A stretch of 64,000 bases of DNA from Promethearchaeota archaeon. GTDB taxonomy: Archaea > Asgardarchaeota > Lokiarchaeia > Sigyniarchaeales > SOKP01. The DNA lies in NCBI GenBank assembly GCA_048937405.1, contig JBHLNF010000006.1:32001-96000 (forward strand), given 5' to 3'. Position numbers and translations under genes: made by a program. Position 1 is the first letter of the stretch. Each line of letters opens with the position of its first letter. This document shows, one piece after another, positions 20,926-30,530 of the stretch. The notes below the pieces were generated by a model. It saw only the letters and a program-made list of their open reading frames with translations. It did not search any database and had not been told where the DNA came from.

Positions 20926-22953
20926 ATGACAGTGAAAGAAGAAAAAGTAGTTGAAGTAAATAAATTAGGTGATAAAGATAAACAAGAAGAACCAAGAATA
21001 GGTGTTTTTGTATGTCATTGTGGTCATAATATCGCAGGAACAGTTGATGTTGCTAAAGTAGCAGAATATGCTAAAGATTTACCTAATGTAGTTAAAGCTG
21101 AACATTATATGTTTATGTGTTCAAAACCAGGAGTTCAAATGCTTAAAGATTCTATTGAAGAATTAGATGTTAATAGAACAGTGGTGGCTTCATGTTCAAA
21201 AAACCAACATGGAAGGACTTTTGCTAAAGCAATAGAGGAAATGGGGCTCAATAAACATCGACATCAACAAGTTAATATTAGAGAATTTAATAGTTGGGTG
21301 CATCAGAAAGAGAAAGATAAAGCAACCGAAAAAGCTAAGAAGTTAGTAGAAGCTGGAGTAAATAGAGCAAGAAAGCTAGAGGATGTCGAGACACGGAGAA
21401 TTCCCACGACTAAAGCTGCATTAGTGATTGGTGCTGGTATTGCAGGACTTCGTGCTTCATATGATTTAGCGGAGTTAGGAATTCCAGTTTATTTAGTAGA
21501 AAAATTATCTACAATTGGAGGACATATGACACAATTAAATAAAACATTCCCAACTTTGGAATGTCCACAATGTAGTATTTCTCCATTAACTAATGGTGTA
21601 GCTAATCATCCGTTAATAGAACTCTATACTAATGCTCAAATTAAGAGTGTGGAGGGTTCAATGGGTAATTTTGAAGTTGAGGTTGAAATAAAGCCAAGAT
21701 ATGTTAAAAATAATTGTACATCTTGCGGTGAGTGTGCCTTACATTGTCCTGTGGAAGTACCTAGTGAATGGGATAGTGGAATGTCAATGAGAAACGCAAT
21801 TTATAAAGCGTATCCACAAGCAATTCCAGCTACATATGTGAGAGACAAAAATAGTTGTATTGAATGTAATACATGTATTAATGTTTGTCCCGTACAAGCT
21901 ATAGATTTTTCAATGAAAGCAGAAATTAAAACATTTAAAGTTGGTTCTATTGTTGTTGCCGCTGGCTATGATGAATATGATCCTTCAGAAATTGAAGCGT
22001 ACCATTATAGTCAAGAAGGATATGAAGATGTGATAACACAACTCAAATTGGAAAGGATGTTAGCTCCGGGTTCTCTTACCAATAGTCAAGTATTACGTCC
22101 TTCTGATGGTAAAATCCCTAAAAGTATCGTGATGATACAATGTGTAGGAAGTAGAAATGATCAAGTAGGGAATCAATATTGTACAGGAGTTTGTTGCAAA
22201 TTTGCAATTAAAAATGCTCGAATTGTAAAAGAAATGTATCCAGATTCAGATATTACAATTTGCTATATTGATGTGAGGACTCCCGGTTTAAACTTTGAAG
22301 AATTATACAAATCAGCACAGGAAGTAGGAGTAAGATTTATTAGAGGACGTCCATCAGAGATTCTTAGAGACCCTGTTTCTGGAGAATTAAGAGTAATTGT
22401 TGAAGATACTTTAAGTCAAACTCCTTTAAAATTAAAAGCAGATATGGTGGTATTATCAGCAGCAATGGTACCTCCTGAAGGTATCGGTCCGTTAGGATCA
22501 AAATTACAAGTTCTACGCTCAAAAGAAGGATTTTTAAAAGAATTTCACATTAAAATGAATCCAACTTTAAGCAGTAAAGGAGGAATATTTATAGCGGGGG
22601 CAATTCAAGGTCCTAAAGATATTTCTGAATCAGTTGCTCAAGCGGGTAATGCTGCAGCTATAGCTGCTGCTCCATTGGTAAAGGGCTATATTGAAAAAGA
22701 GATGTTAATTCCTTCAGTAGATTTTGATTTATGTGTTAGATGTGGTCTATGTAAAACTGTATGCGCTCCAGCAGCGATACAAATTAATGATGATGGAACA
22801 CCTGTGGTAAATGAGGTTGCTTGTAAATCATGTGGTATGTGTATGCCTGTCTGTCCTACGGGAGCAATTCAATTATTAAATTTTAGTGATGAACAATTAT
22901 TAGATGAAATAATCGCAATTTCAGGAGGAGGTGTTATATGCGAAAATGAGTGA
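20926..22953 (+). CDS. hdrA: Heterodisulfide reductase subunit A (flavin-bifurcating type, Cys form)
   Basis: GVFVCHCG, GAGIAG, KTFPTLEC, inserted ferredoxin, QCVGSR...YCTGVCC, GPKDI, C-terminal ferredoxin. Confidence 0.95.
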   Translation: MTVKEEKVVEVNKLGDKDKQEEPRIGVFVCHCGHNIAGTVDVAKVAEYAKDLPNVVKAEHYMFMCSKPGVQMLKDSIEELDVNRTVVASCSKNQHGRTFAKAIEEMGLNKHRHQQVNIREFNSWVHQKEKDKATEKAKKLVEAGVNRARKLEDVETRRIPTTKAALVIGAGIAGLRASYDLAELGIPVYLVEKLSTIGGHMTQLNKTFPTLECPQCSISPLTNGVANHPLIELYTNAQIKSVEGSMGNFEVEVEIKPRYVKNNCTSCGECALHCPVEVPSEWDSGMSMRNAIYKAYPQAIPATYVRDKNSCIECNTCINVCPVQAIDFSMKAEIKTFKVGSIVVAAGYDEYDPSEIEAYHYSQEGYEDVITQLKLERMLAPGSLTNSQVLRPSDGKIPKSIVMIQCVGSRNDQVGNQYCTGVCCKFAIKNARIVKEMYPDSDITICYIDVRTPGLNFEELYKSAQEVGVRFIRGRPSEILRDPVSGELRVIVEDTLSQTPLKLKADMVVLSAAMVPPEGIGPLGSKLQVLRSKEGFLKEFHIKMNPTLSSKGGIFIAGAIQGPKDISESVAQAGNAAAIAAAPLVKGYIEKEMLIPSVDFDLCVRCGLCKTVCAPAAIQINDDGTPVVNEVACKSCGMCMPVCPTGAIQLLNFSDEQLLDEIIAISGGGVICENE

Positions 22954-23398
22954 ATGTGAATATATTGAACCAGAAGTTCTTGAAAAGATGGAAAATATTG
23001 TAGTTTTTATGTGTAATGAATGCGGACAAGGTTCAGCAAACACAGCTGGAGTTGCCCGGATGGCATATAATCCTGCAATTCGAATTGTTCGAGTACAATG
23101 TACTGGTCAAGTCGGTCCTATTCAGATTATGGATGCCTTGAACAACGGGGCAGATGCTGTTGCCTGTGTTGGCTGTTGTTTGGGAGCATGTCATTTCTTT
23201 AATGGGAATATTTTATCAATGCATAGAATAAAATTAATGAAAAAGTTATTTAAAGAATTAGGTTATAGCGATCAGTTTGTTAATCAATATACTTCTCGAG
23301 CTGCTGAAGGAGAAACTGCAGTTGGAGATTTTGATGATATTGTAGAACGATTAGCAACTGCAATAAGAGAGGAGGAGACGTTCAAAGATGGATGTTAG
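22946..23398 (+). CDS. mvhD: MvhD-type [2Fe-2S] subunit
   Basis: FMCNEC, VRVQCTG, GADAV..GC..G.CHF..GN; ATG at 22946 overlapping the hdrA end is preferred over the track's GTG at 22931. Confidence 0.85.
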   Translation: MSECEYIEPEVLEKMENIVVFMCNECGQGSANTAGVARMAYNPAIRIVRVQCTGQVGPIQIMDALNNGADAVACVGCCLGACHFFNGNILSMHRIKLMKKLFKELGYSDQFVNQYTSRAAEGETAVGDFDDIVERLATAIREEETFKDGC

Positions 23399-24629
23399 AG
23401 TATTTCAGTTTAATGGATGTAATAAATGCTTCAATGAGACGATTCTTTTAGAAGGAGAATCAATGTATGAGGTGGAGTTTATAAACAATCCGAAAGAATG
23501 GAAGGAGAAAAAAACAGATGTATCAATTATTACTGGATTTTTACTTCCTGAAAACAAGGATGCATTAAATAAAATTAAAAAAAATTCTGAAAAGGTGATT
23601 GCTTATGGAAATTGTGCTACTACAGGAGGGATTTTTGCTCTTGCAAATCAAAAAGGTCATGATGTATCTCCATTAAATAATATCATTGAAAATCCAATTA
23701 ATATTAATGGTTGTTTAGGGGAAATTGAAGAATTAAAATTAGAAATTGAAGATAATGATCTCCCAAAATTAAAAAATCTCTGTATTGTATGCGGAAGACG
23801 AAAAACTTGTGATTACTTAGATGATGTAAAACGACAAATTGAATTAGAAGATACTGAGACATGTTTTAATGACCAAGGATATCTTTGTAATGGTTTTATC
23901 TCCAAAGAATGTAAAGAACGATGTATTGACTATAATGCTCCCTGTAGAGGTTGCAAACCAATTGTTGAACGTTCTGGGGTCAGAATGTTAGGCATGTTTG
24001 GAACTCTTATGGGAAATATTGAAGTTGCGACTGAGCATTCTGAAAAGGGAGCAACTGATAAATTAGCAGACAAGGATGATGATGTGACTGCAGGTCTACC
24101 CGATATAGTAGGTAATTTCTTTAGATTTACTTTGCCAACATCAGGATTGCCAAAAGGTCGAATTCCTTCAAATGGAAACATATTAGAAGATGTTTTTATA
24201 GGAAGACTTATTGAAGAATTACCTCTAATTTCTGGATTATTAGGGGGGGATCATTCAATCTCATTAACATTAAAGATAATTGAAACCTATGAAGACGCTA
24301 ATAATATTGAAGTAAGTGAAAAAACAAAAAATTATCGAAATCAACTATTAAAGTTGGAAATTGAACTTCAAAAGGCAATTCAGAATAAAGATTCAGAAAA
24401 ATATAAGAAAATCACTGATGAAATTCGTAAGATTGCTGGAAATATGAATTTATCTAATCTGTCCTTTGGAGGATTTCGGTCACAAATTGATGATAATGAT
24501 AATTTTGAAGAATATCAAACCCACCCTTTTGAAGTGGTTGAAGGAACATATAAGAATGGTTCAGTTGAATTTACAATTGATCCAATTGGTATTGTAAAAA
24601 AAATTAAAATTAAAGAGGGAAATGCATGA
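23388..24629 (+). CDS. MvhG-like hydrogenase small-subunit homolog with a C-terminal extension resembling a Cys-less large-subunit fragment
   Basis: GCNKC, GNCATTGGI, GC and C..C...CF...G.LC.G...C...C....PCRGC cluster motifs; then FIGRLIEELPLISGLLGGDH. Confidence 0.75.
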   Translation: MDVRVFQFNGCNKCFNETILLEGESMYEVEFINNPKEWKEKKTDVSIITGFLLPENKDALNKIKKNSEKVIAYGNCATTGGIFALANQKGHDVSPLNNIIENPININGCLGEIEELKLEIEDNDLPKLKNLCIVCGRRKTCDYLDDVKRQIELEDTETCFNDQGYLCNGFISKECKERCIDYNAPCRGCKPIVERSGVRMLGMFGTLMGNIEVATEHSEKGATDKLADKDDDVTAGLPDIVGNFFRFTLPTSGLPKGRIPSNGNILEDVFIGRLIEELPLISGLLGGDHSISLTLKIIETYEDANNIEVSEKTKNYRNQLLKLEIELQKAIQNKDSEKYKKITDEIRKIAGNMNLSNLSFGGFRSQIDDNDNFEEYQTHPFEVVEGTYKNGSVEFTIDPIGIVKKIKIKEGNA

Positions 24630-27094
24630 GTTTTGAATTATTAAGAGAAGAGATTGTAGATGCTGGTCTATGTCAAGGATGTGGTTTATGTGCTGGTTCA
24701 TGTAAACATATTGAAATGGATGTAAGACGTCCAACTTTAAAAGACTATTGTATATTGGAAAGAGGAGGCCAAGATTGTGGAAAGTGCTATCAAAATTGCC
24801 CTCAAATAATCCAGAAGAAATTTAAAGAAAAACAACCTCTTGCAATTTATTCACTAAGAAGCAAAGATCCAGAAATTATAGATAAAGCATCAAGTGGGGG
24901 TTTTGTTACTTCTTTTACTAAAGAATTGCTAGAAAATGACACGCTTAAAGAAGTTGTTATGGTCCAAGAAGAAGATGAGAAACCAGTTGCTGAGATAGTT
25001 TCTGATCCTAAAGAAGTTATTAAGAAAGCAGGTGTTATTTATGGTAGATCTGGTGTGCTACAAAAATTAGTAGAACTCACTGGTGAAACATTTGACCCAA
25101 TCGGTATTGTCGGTGTACCATGTGAAATACGTGGAGCTGCTGAACTTGAAGAAGAAATGAATCGAAATATTTTAAAAATTGGATTGTTTTGTAGTTCTCA
25201 AATGAGAACTAAGCAAACAGATAAAGGTTTAGTATGTTCTCCTTGTTGTAATGGATGCCCTTCTGGTGTTAATGCTCAAGGATACATTTCATTAATACGT
25301 CAAGGACAATATCAAGATGCCGTAGATTTGATTAGAGAAAGCAATCCACTTCCATCCATATGTGGGAGAATTTGTACTAATGAGTGTGAACATGGTTGTA
25401 CTTTAATAGGAGACGACCATCCTGTTGCAATCCGTGAGTTAAAGAAATTTGTTACTGAATGGGAAATTGAAAGAGCAAAGAATACATCAAAAACAACAGC
25501 TAAATTAAATAGAGATGCGAAAAAAGTAGCGATTATCGGATCTGGACCAGCTGGATTAACTGCAGCGTATTTTTTAAGAAGAATGGGATATGCACCCACT
25601 ATCTTTGAGAAGACAGATCAAACAGGTGGGATGCTAAGATTTGGTGTACCACAATTTAGGTTACCTAATTATGTACTAGATTATGATGTAGGCAGAATCA
25701 TAGATTCCGGTGTCGAAGTAAAACTTAACAAACCATTAGGTCCTGAGATGACTATTGAAGATTTGAAAAATGAAGGATTTGAGGCTATATTTATTGCCAC
25801 TGGACAATATAAACCTCGTACCTTACACTTAGAAGGTGAAGATTTACCAAATGTGCATGTAGCAATTCATTTTCTAATGGATAGAAAATATCGATACTGG
25901 GAAAATAAAGAAGAATTTAAAGGTAAAACTTTAGGCATAATTGGAGGAGGTGCTGTTGCAGTTGATGTTGCTCAAACGGCTCTTAGGTTAGGAGCTAAAA
26001 AGGTTCATCTTGTTGATATTATGTCAGAAGAACAACTCGAATTGGTCTTAAGAGACATTCCTGAAACTGAAATGGAGTTTATAAATTATCACTTCGCGAC
26101 TTCCACTTCCAAAATTACTCAGGATAAAGATGAAAAATTAGTTTTAAATTGTTATAATATTGAATGGGGTACTCCTGATAAGAATGGAAGAAGACCGTTA
26201 AATAAAATTGAAGGATCAGATTATGAAATTCTTGTTGATTCTATTGTAATAGCGGTTGGTCAAGCAGTAGATTTTGAGCAAATAGATGCAGCAACAAATA
26301 ATGAATTAGAAAAAGAACGAAATAGAATTAAAGTAAATGAAATAACATTTGAAACTAATATCCCTGGGGTTTTTGCTGGCGGAGATATTATCAGTAATTC
26401 TAAAGCTGTGGCTATTGCTGCTATAGCTCACGGAAAGGAAGCTGCATTTTCAATAGACAGATATCTAAAGGGAGAAAACTTGATAGATGGAAGATTTAGG
26501 CGAGAGAATTCTTTTTTCACGGGGCCTAAGAAACCCCCAAAAGATTATTCATTAAAACCAGAAACATTAGACCAAGCCACTGAAGAAAAAAGTTGGAGTT
26601 TTGAGGAGATTGATAAAATATTCAATGAGGATATGGCTTTACAAGAAGCGCGAAGATGTCTAAGTTGTAATCATTTCTGTACTCATTGTCAAGATTTCCC
26701 TGCAATATATTCAGACCTTACTGCGGGTGAAGTAGGATCAAAAGAGGGCTTTACTACAGTGGTAGTTTGGACGGAGCGTGGCAAAGCGCTTATTGAAAAA
26801 GCAATTAAAAAAGGTTTATTCGAGCAAGGAAAAGTTGATGAGAAAGAATTGAAAAATGCAATTAATCTAAAATCAAAACGTGAATTAATGAACTTTGAAA
26901 AACCCCCTAGACAACAGGTTTTAGATTATATATCACTGCAAGGTCCTAGCACTATTACAGACATTTCAAAACAAACAGGTCTTGAACCGAGGAAAGCCAG
27001 ATATGAAGCTCTCCGATTAGTTCAATTAATGGAATTAGAAATGAAGACTGAACCTGAAATGGAGGAACCAATATTTTCTATTATATGTGAATAA
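24626..27094 (+). CDS. FrhB-family protein with an inserted GltD/NfnB-type FAD/NAD(P) oxidoreductase module and a C-terminal wHTH
   Basis: CQGCGLCAGSC, SSGGFVT, VGVPCE, IGLFC | CCNGCP...NPLPSICGRIC...GSGPAG...GGGAVAVD...FAGGD...EARRCLSC | CTHCQDF...GS..GFTTVVV.TERG | helix-turn-helix tail. Confidence 0.85.
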   Translation: MSFELLREEIVDAGLCQGCGLCAGSCKHIEMDVRRPTLKDYCILERGGQDCGKCYQNCPQIIQKKFKEKQPLAIYSLRSKDPEIIDKASSGGFVTSFTKELLENDTLKEVVMVQEEDEKPVAEIVSDPKEVIKKAGVIYGRSGVLQKLVELTGETFDPIGIVGVPCEIRGAAELEEEMNRNILKIGLFCSSQMRTKQTDKGLVCSPCCNGCPSGVNAQGYISLIRQGQYQDAVDLIRESNPLPSICGRICTNECEHGCTLIGDDHPVAIRELKKFVTEWEIERAKNTSKTTAKLNRDAKKVAIIGSGPAGLTAAYFLRRMGYAPTIFEKTDQTGGMLRFGVPQFRLPNYVLDYDVGRIIDSGVEVKLNKPLGPEMTIEDLKNEGFEAIFIATGQYKPRTLHLEGEDLPNVHVAIHFLMDRKYRYWENKEEFKGKTLGIIGGGAVAVDVAQTALRLGAKKVHLVDIMSEEQLELVLRDIPETEMEFINYHFATSTSKITQDKDEKLVLNCYNIEWGTPDKNGRRPLNKIEGSDYEILVDSIVIAVGQAVDFEQIDAATNNELEKERNRIKVNEITFETNIPGVFAGGDIISNSKAVAIAAIAHGKEAAFSIDRYLKGENLIDGRFRRENSFFTGPKKPPKDYSLKPETLDQATEEKSWSFEEIDKIFNEDMALQEARRCLSCNHFCTHCQDFPAIYSDLTAGEVGSKEGFTTVVVWTERGKALIEKAIKKGLFEQGKVDEKELKNAINLKSKRELMNFEKPPRQQVLDYISLQGPSTITDISKQTGLEPRKARYEALRLVQLMELEMKTEPEMEEPIFSIICE

Positions 27095-27128
27095 AATTAA
27101 AACTAATAAATATTAAGAGGTAAAGAAT

Positions 27129-27365
27129 ATGAATTATGATATGGAATTAAACGTCTGTGGGTCAGTATGTCCTGTTCCTGCTTTAAAAACTAAAAAACAA
27201 CTCATGAAAATGAGACCAGGTACAGTTTTAAAAGTTATTACCGATTACAAACCCGCAAGTGAATCTGTTCCACGAGATTTAGCAAAAACAAAACATAAAC
27301 ATTTAGGAACAGAATTCATTGATGATGATGAAATCTGGTATATGTATTTTGAAGCAGTAAAGTAA
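27129..27365 (+). CDS. tusA: Second TusA family sulfur carrier
   Basis: GSVCPVPA motif, LKVITDY, 78 aa. Confidence 0.85.
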   Translation: MNYDMELNVCGSVCPVPALKTKKQLMKMRPGTVLKVITDYKPASESVPRDLAKTKHKHLGTEFIDDDEIWYMYFEAVK

Positions 27366-27480
27366 GTGTGCACTCTAAAGAACTATAATTTTTTTTATAC
27401 TTTTTTTTTTAATAATTTTCATTTAGATATTTCATTTTTTAATTACATTTAATATTGCAAATAGCTTAATATTATGTTAG

Positions 27481-29472
27481 TTGTACTCACAAACTTATAA
27501 TCCAAATTTGATGAATATGTCTTATTCAGAATCTAAGGAGCTAGCTCAAGCAAGAAAATTTATTGATAAATGTAAGTTTGATGAAGCGGAACATTTGATT
27601 AAGAATTTCGAAGAAAAGGGAGGACAAATTCTTCATGATACAGTTTTATGTCAATACCTCAAGTGTGAGCTCTTATTTTGGAGAGGATTACATAAGGATG
27701 TTATAAAACTTGCCGAACAAGCATATAAAGAAAGTTTAGGATTAGAAAAAAACTTCCTATCGGTTAATATCTTACTAATAATGGCGTATTCTTTATTAAT
27801 GCTTAATAAATCGGAAGAATCTTACGAGATAGTTAAGCAAGGAGAGAAATTGCTAAAAGCTTTAACCCAAGAATTACCAATAGAATACAAACAAAGAGAA
27901 GCTTATATAGCTTTTCTTAAAGGATGGTATTACACACTAAAAAATGAGGAAGAGAGGGCTATAAAGCAGTTTGAGCTCAGCATATCATTGCGAGAAGAAA
28001 TTAGCGCTGATTTGGAAATTATCCATTCCCTTATTGGAATTGCCTATTTATTTACTTTTCTAAAGGGTGATTATAAACGTGCCTTAAAATATTTAGAGCG
28101 TGGTATAATTATTGCCGAGGAAAGTGGCAATAGATGGTGTATTGGATATCTTACTATGCGTATAGCAAGGATACATATGTTAAAGGGGGAATTGGATCAA
28201 AGTATTATACTTTATGATCGGAGCTTGACAATTTTCAATGATCTTGACAATAAATTTATGGTAGCTTGGATTCTTAGCCTTCTGGGGGATGTTAATAGAC
28301 AGAAAGGAGAATTAAATCGTGCATTGGAAAACATTGAACAAGGTTTGGCATTAGACCGCCAATTAGGATTATTACAAACACTAGCGATAGATCACTATAA
28401 TTTCATTCAGGTTTTAGTTGATATAGGTGATATAAAACGAGCACAGCAAGCTCTTCATGATTTAGAGCAATTGAACAATCAATCAAAAGACAAAATAGTT
28501 AATTTCTTGTATCTTCTTGATAAGGCTATAGTATTGAAAACTAGTCCTCGAGCTCGCAATCGGGTTGAAGCGGAAGAAATATTTAAGCAAGTTCTCGAAG
28601 ATGAGGATTCCAATTTTTTAATTAAGTTAAGAGCACTAACTAACTTATGTGAATTACTTTTAACTGAGTTACGGGTAACTAATGACTTAGAAGTGTTTGA
28701 TGAGTTAACTCAATGTATTACTCGATTATTAGCTATTGCCAAGAAATCACACTCATACTCAATACTGTGCGAGACTTACCTTTTTCAAGCTAAATTAGCA
28801 TTAATTTCATTGAACTTGAAAGAAGCTCGAAGATTATTAACTCAAGGACAGAAAATTACTGAAAAATATGGTCTTATTCTATTATCCCGGAAAATTTCAC
28901 ATGAACATGATGAATTACTTAAACAATTAGAAATATGGGAGAAATTAAAAGAATCAAAAGCACCCTTAGCTGAACGTATGGATTTGTCACGCTTAAATGA
29001 GCAAATGGAGCAAATGATACGAAAACGAGCGATAAACATTCCCGAACTTTCAGATGAAAAACCTGTGCTTCTTTTTATTATATCAGAGGGCGGAATACCA
29101 TTTTTCTCTCAAAAATTTATAAAGGATCAAACTTTTGAAGACTATCTTTTTGGAGGTTTCTTTACTGCAGTTAATACTTTTATTAGAGAACAGTTCTCTG
29201 AAGGGCTTGATCGGGCGATTTTTGGTGAACATACGCTCCTTATGAATTCTGTATCCCCCTTTTTGATATGTTACGTATATAAGGGTCAATCCTATTCTGC
29301 TCAACAAAGGATTAGAACTTTTATAGATAAAATACAGAATGATGAACTAGTATGGCAAACCTTTAAAAAATTTTACCAACTGAACCAAGAAATTCAATTA
29401 AAAGACATTCCCTCTTTAGAATCTCTAATAAAAGAGATATTTATTGATAAAAATATTCAATTAATAAGTTAA
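27481..29472 (+). CDS. Tetratricopeptide repeat protein with C-terminal longin-like domain
   Basis: Multiple TPRs (GELDQSIILYDRSL; GELNRALENIEQGL); tail LLFIISEGGIPFFS...LFGGFFTAVNTF. Confidence 0.8.
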   Translation: MYSQTYNPNLMNMSYSESKELAQARKFIDKCKFDEAEHLIKNFEEKGGQILHDTVLCQYLKCELLFWRGLHKDVIKLAEQAYKESLGLEKNFLSVNILLIMAYSLLMLNKSEESYEIVKQGEKLLKALTQELPIEYKQREAYIAFLKGWYYTLKNEEERAIKQFELSISLREEISADLEIIHSLIGIAYLFTFLKGDYKRALKYLERGIIIAEESGNRWCIGYLTMRIARIHMLKGELDQSIILYDRSLTIFNDLDNKFMVAWILSLLGDVNRQKGELNRALENIEQGLALDRQLGLLQTLAIDHYNFIQVLVDIGDIKRAQQALHDLEQLNNQSKDKIVNFLYLLDKAIVLKTSPRARNRVEAEEIFKQVLEDEDSNFLIKLRALTNLCELLLTELRVTNDLEVFDELTQCITRLLAIAKKSHSYSILCETYLFQAKLALISLNLKEARRLLTQGQKITEKYGLILLSRKISHEHDELLKQLEIWEKLKESKAPLAERMDLSRLNEQMEQMIRKRAINIPELSDEKPVLLFIISEGGIPFFSQKFIKDQTFEDYLFGGFFTAVNTFIREQFSEGLDRAIFGEHTLLMNSVSPFLICYVYKGQSYSAQQRIRTFIDKIQNDELVWQTFKKFYQLNQEIQLKDIPSLESLIKEIFIDKNIQLIS

Positions 29473-29786
29473 AAGTTAAACCCTTATGAAGAAAGAGCAT
29501 CTTTTGAAGAAATTGAACAATAACAAATATATTTTAAAGTTGAAAAATTCAGATATTCAAAATTATAGAATATTATCTTTTTTTACTCTTTTCTAATTTT
29601 TTATATTTGTTTTTTCATTTAATTATCTTAGGTTATATTTATTATTAACAGAATGAATTTAAAGGATTTAAAAGTGTTACAGTACAATATATCTTATATT
29701 TTTATTCTGAGTTAAAAACTGAAATGAGGAAACCTTTAAAAAATGTTATTGACAATCTAGATAAATAAATAGTTATCTTTAGATTC

Positions 29787-30521
29787 ATGGAATTATTGAA
29801 TAAGAGCTTTGAAGAAATAAAAAGAGTCAAGAATCCAGAAATAATAAATGATTTCTTGATAAAATTAAGTGAAGATCCAGATGAGGATTATCTAATTTAT
29901 ATAAACTACTTAATCGATAATTTAGACAAGCAAATTCTTAATAAAGTTAATTTGAATTTAATTTTTTTTATTGGAGAAATTGGAAAAATAGTAATATTAA
30001 ATGATAGGTATTTGACTTTTTTAATAGAGACTTACTATACATCAGATAGATGGATTAGAAATGAGATAATTCAGACAATTGGCAAAATATCCCAAAAAAC
30101 AGAAATTTCAGACGATATAATAAAATTAGTAATTAATGCTGTAAATGATGATTATCACTCTATTAAGAGTAATGCTCTTCAAGTAATATTGAATTTAAAA
30201 GAAATCCCTCTAAATAAGAGTGAGTTTATATTTAGAATATTAAATTTAAAAAATAAGGAGTTAGAAAAATTGTGTATTCAAATAATAGAAAAGTTTCTTC
30301 CAGACTATACTCAACTGATTAACTCGTTGAGTTATTCAGAAAATTATAAAATACTCAAACCATTTGCTATTAGAACTTTATTATTGGTATATTTCAGATC
30401 AGTAATTAATATAGAATCTTTTCGAGAAAAAATTTCAAATTCTAATTGGGAAATGGAATATAAAGAGATTTATGTTAAAGAGATAGATACTTTTGAAAAA
30501 GTTATTCTAAAAAATTTATAA
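29787..30521 (+). CDS. HEAT/ARM repeat protein
   Basis: DRWIRNEIIQTIGKI and D.YHSIKSNALQVI HEAT-type units. Confidence 0.65.
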   Translation: MELLNKSFEEIKRVKNPEIINDFLIKLSEDPDEDYLIYINYLIDNLDKQILNKVNLNLIFFIGEIGKIVILNDRYLTFLIETYYTSDRWIRNEIIQTIGKISQKTEISDDIIKLVINAVNDDYHSIKSNALQVILNLKEIPLNKSEFIFRILNLKNKELEKLCIQIIEKFLPDYTQLINSLSYSENYKILKPFAIRTLLLVYFRSVINIESFREKISNSNWEMEYKEIYVKEIDTFEKVILKNL

Positions 30522-30530
30522 ATAAACAAA

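Noticed and set aside
17510-22953. Classical sulfur-oxidising sHdr pathway or methanogenesis
   Set aside because: No lbpA/lipoylation genes or hdrC1B1A-hyp-C2B2 arrangement, and no mcr/mtr in the window; the cluster is reported as a distinct system instead
20926-23398. Selenocysteine forms of HdrA/MvhD, which are known selenoprotein families in Sec-using archaea
   Set aside because: Both frames are uninterrupted with Cys at the relevant motifs (TLECPQC; CNEC; GCCLGAC). The hdrA TGA overlaps the mvhD start, and I saw no SECIS-like hairpin after the operon
17808-25599. Minus-strand track ORFs inside the Hdr operon (17808, 18777, 19786, 19971, 23930, 25312)
   Set aside because: Antisense shadows of well-supported plus-strand genes
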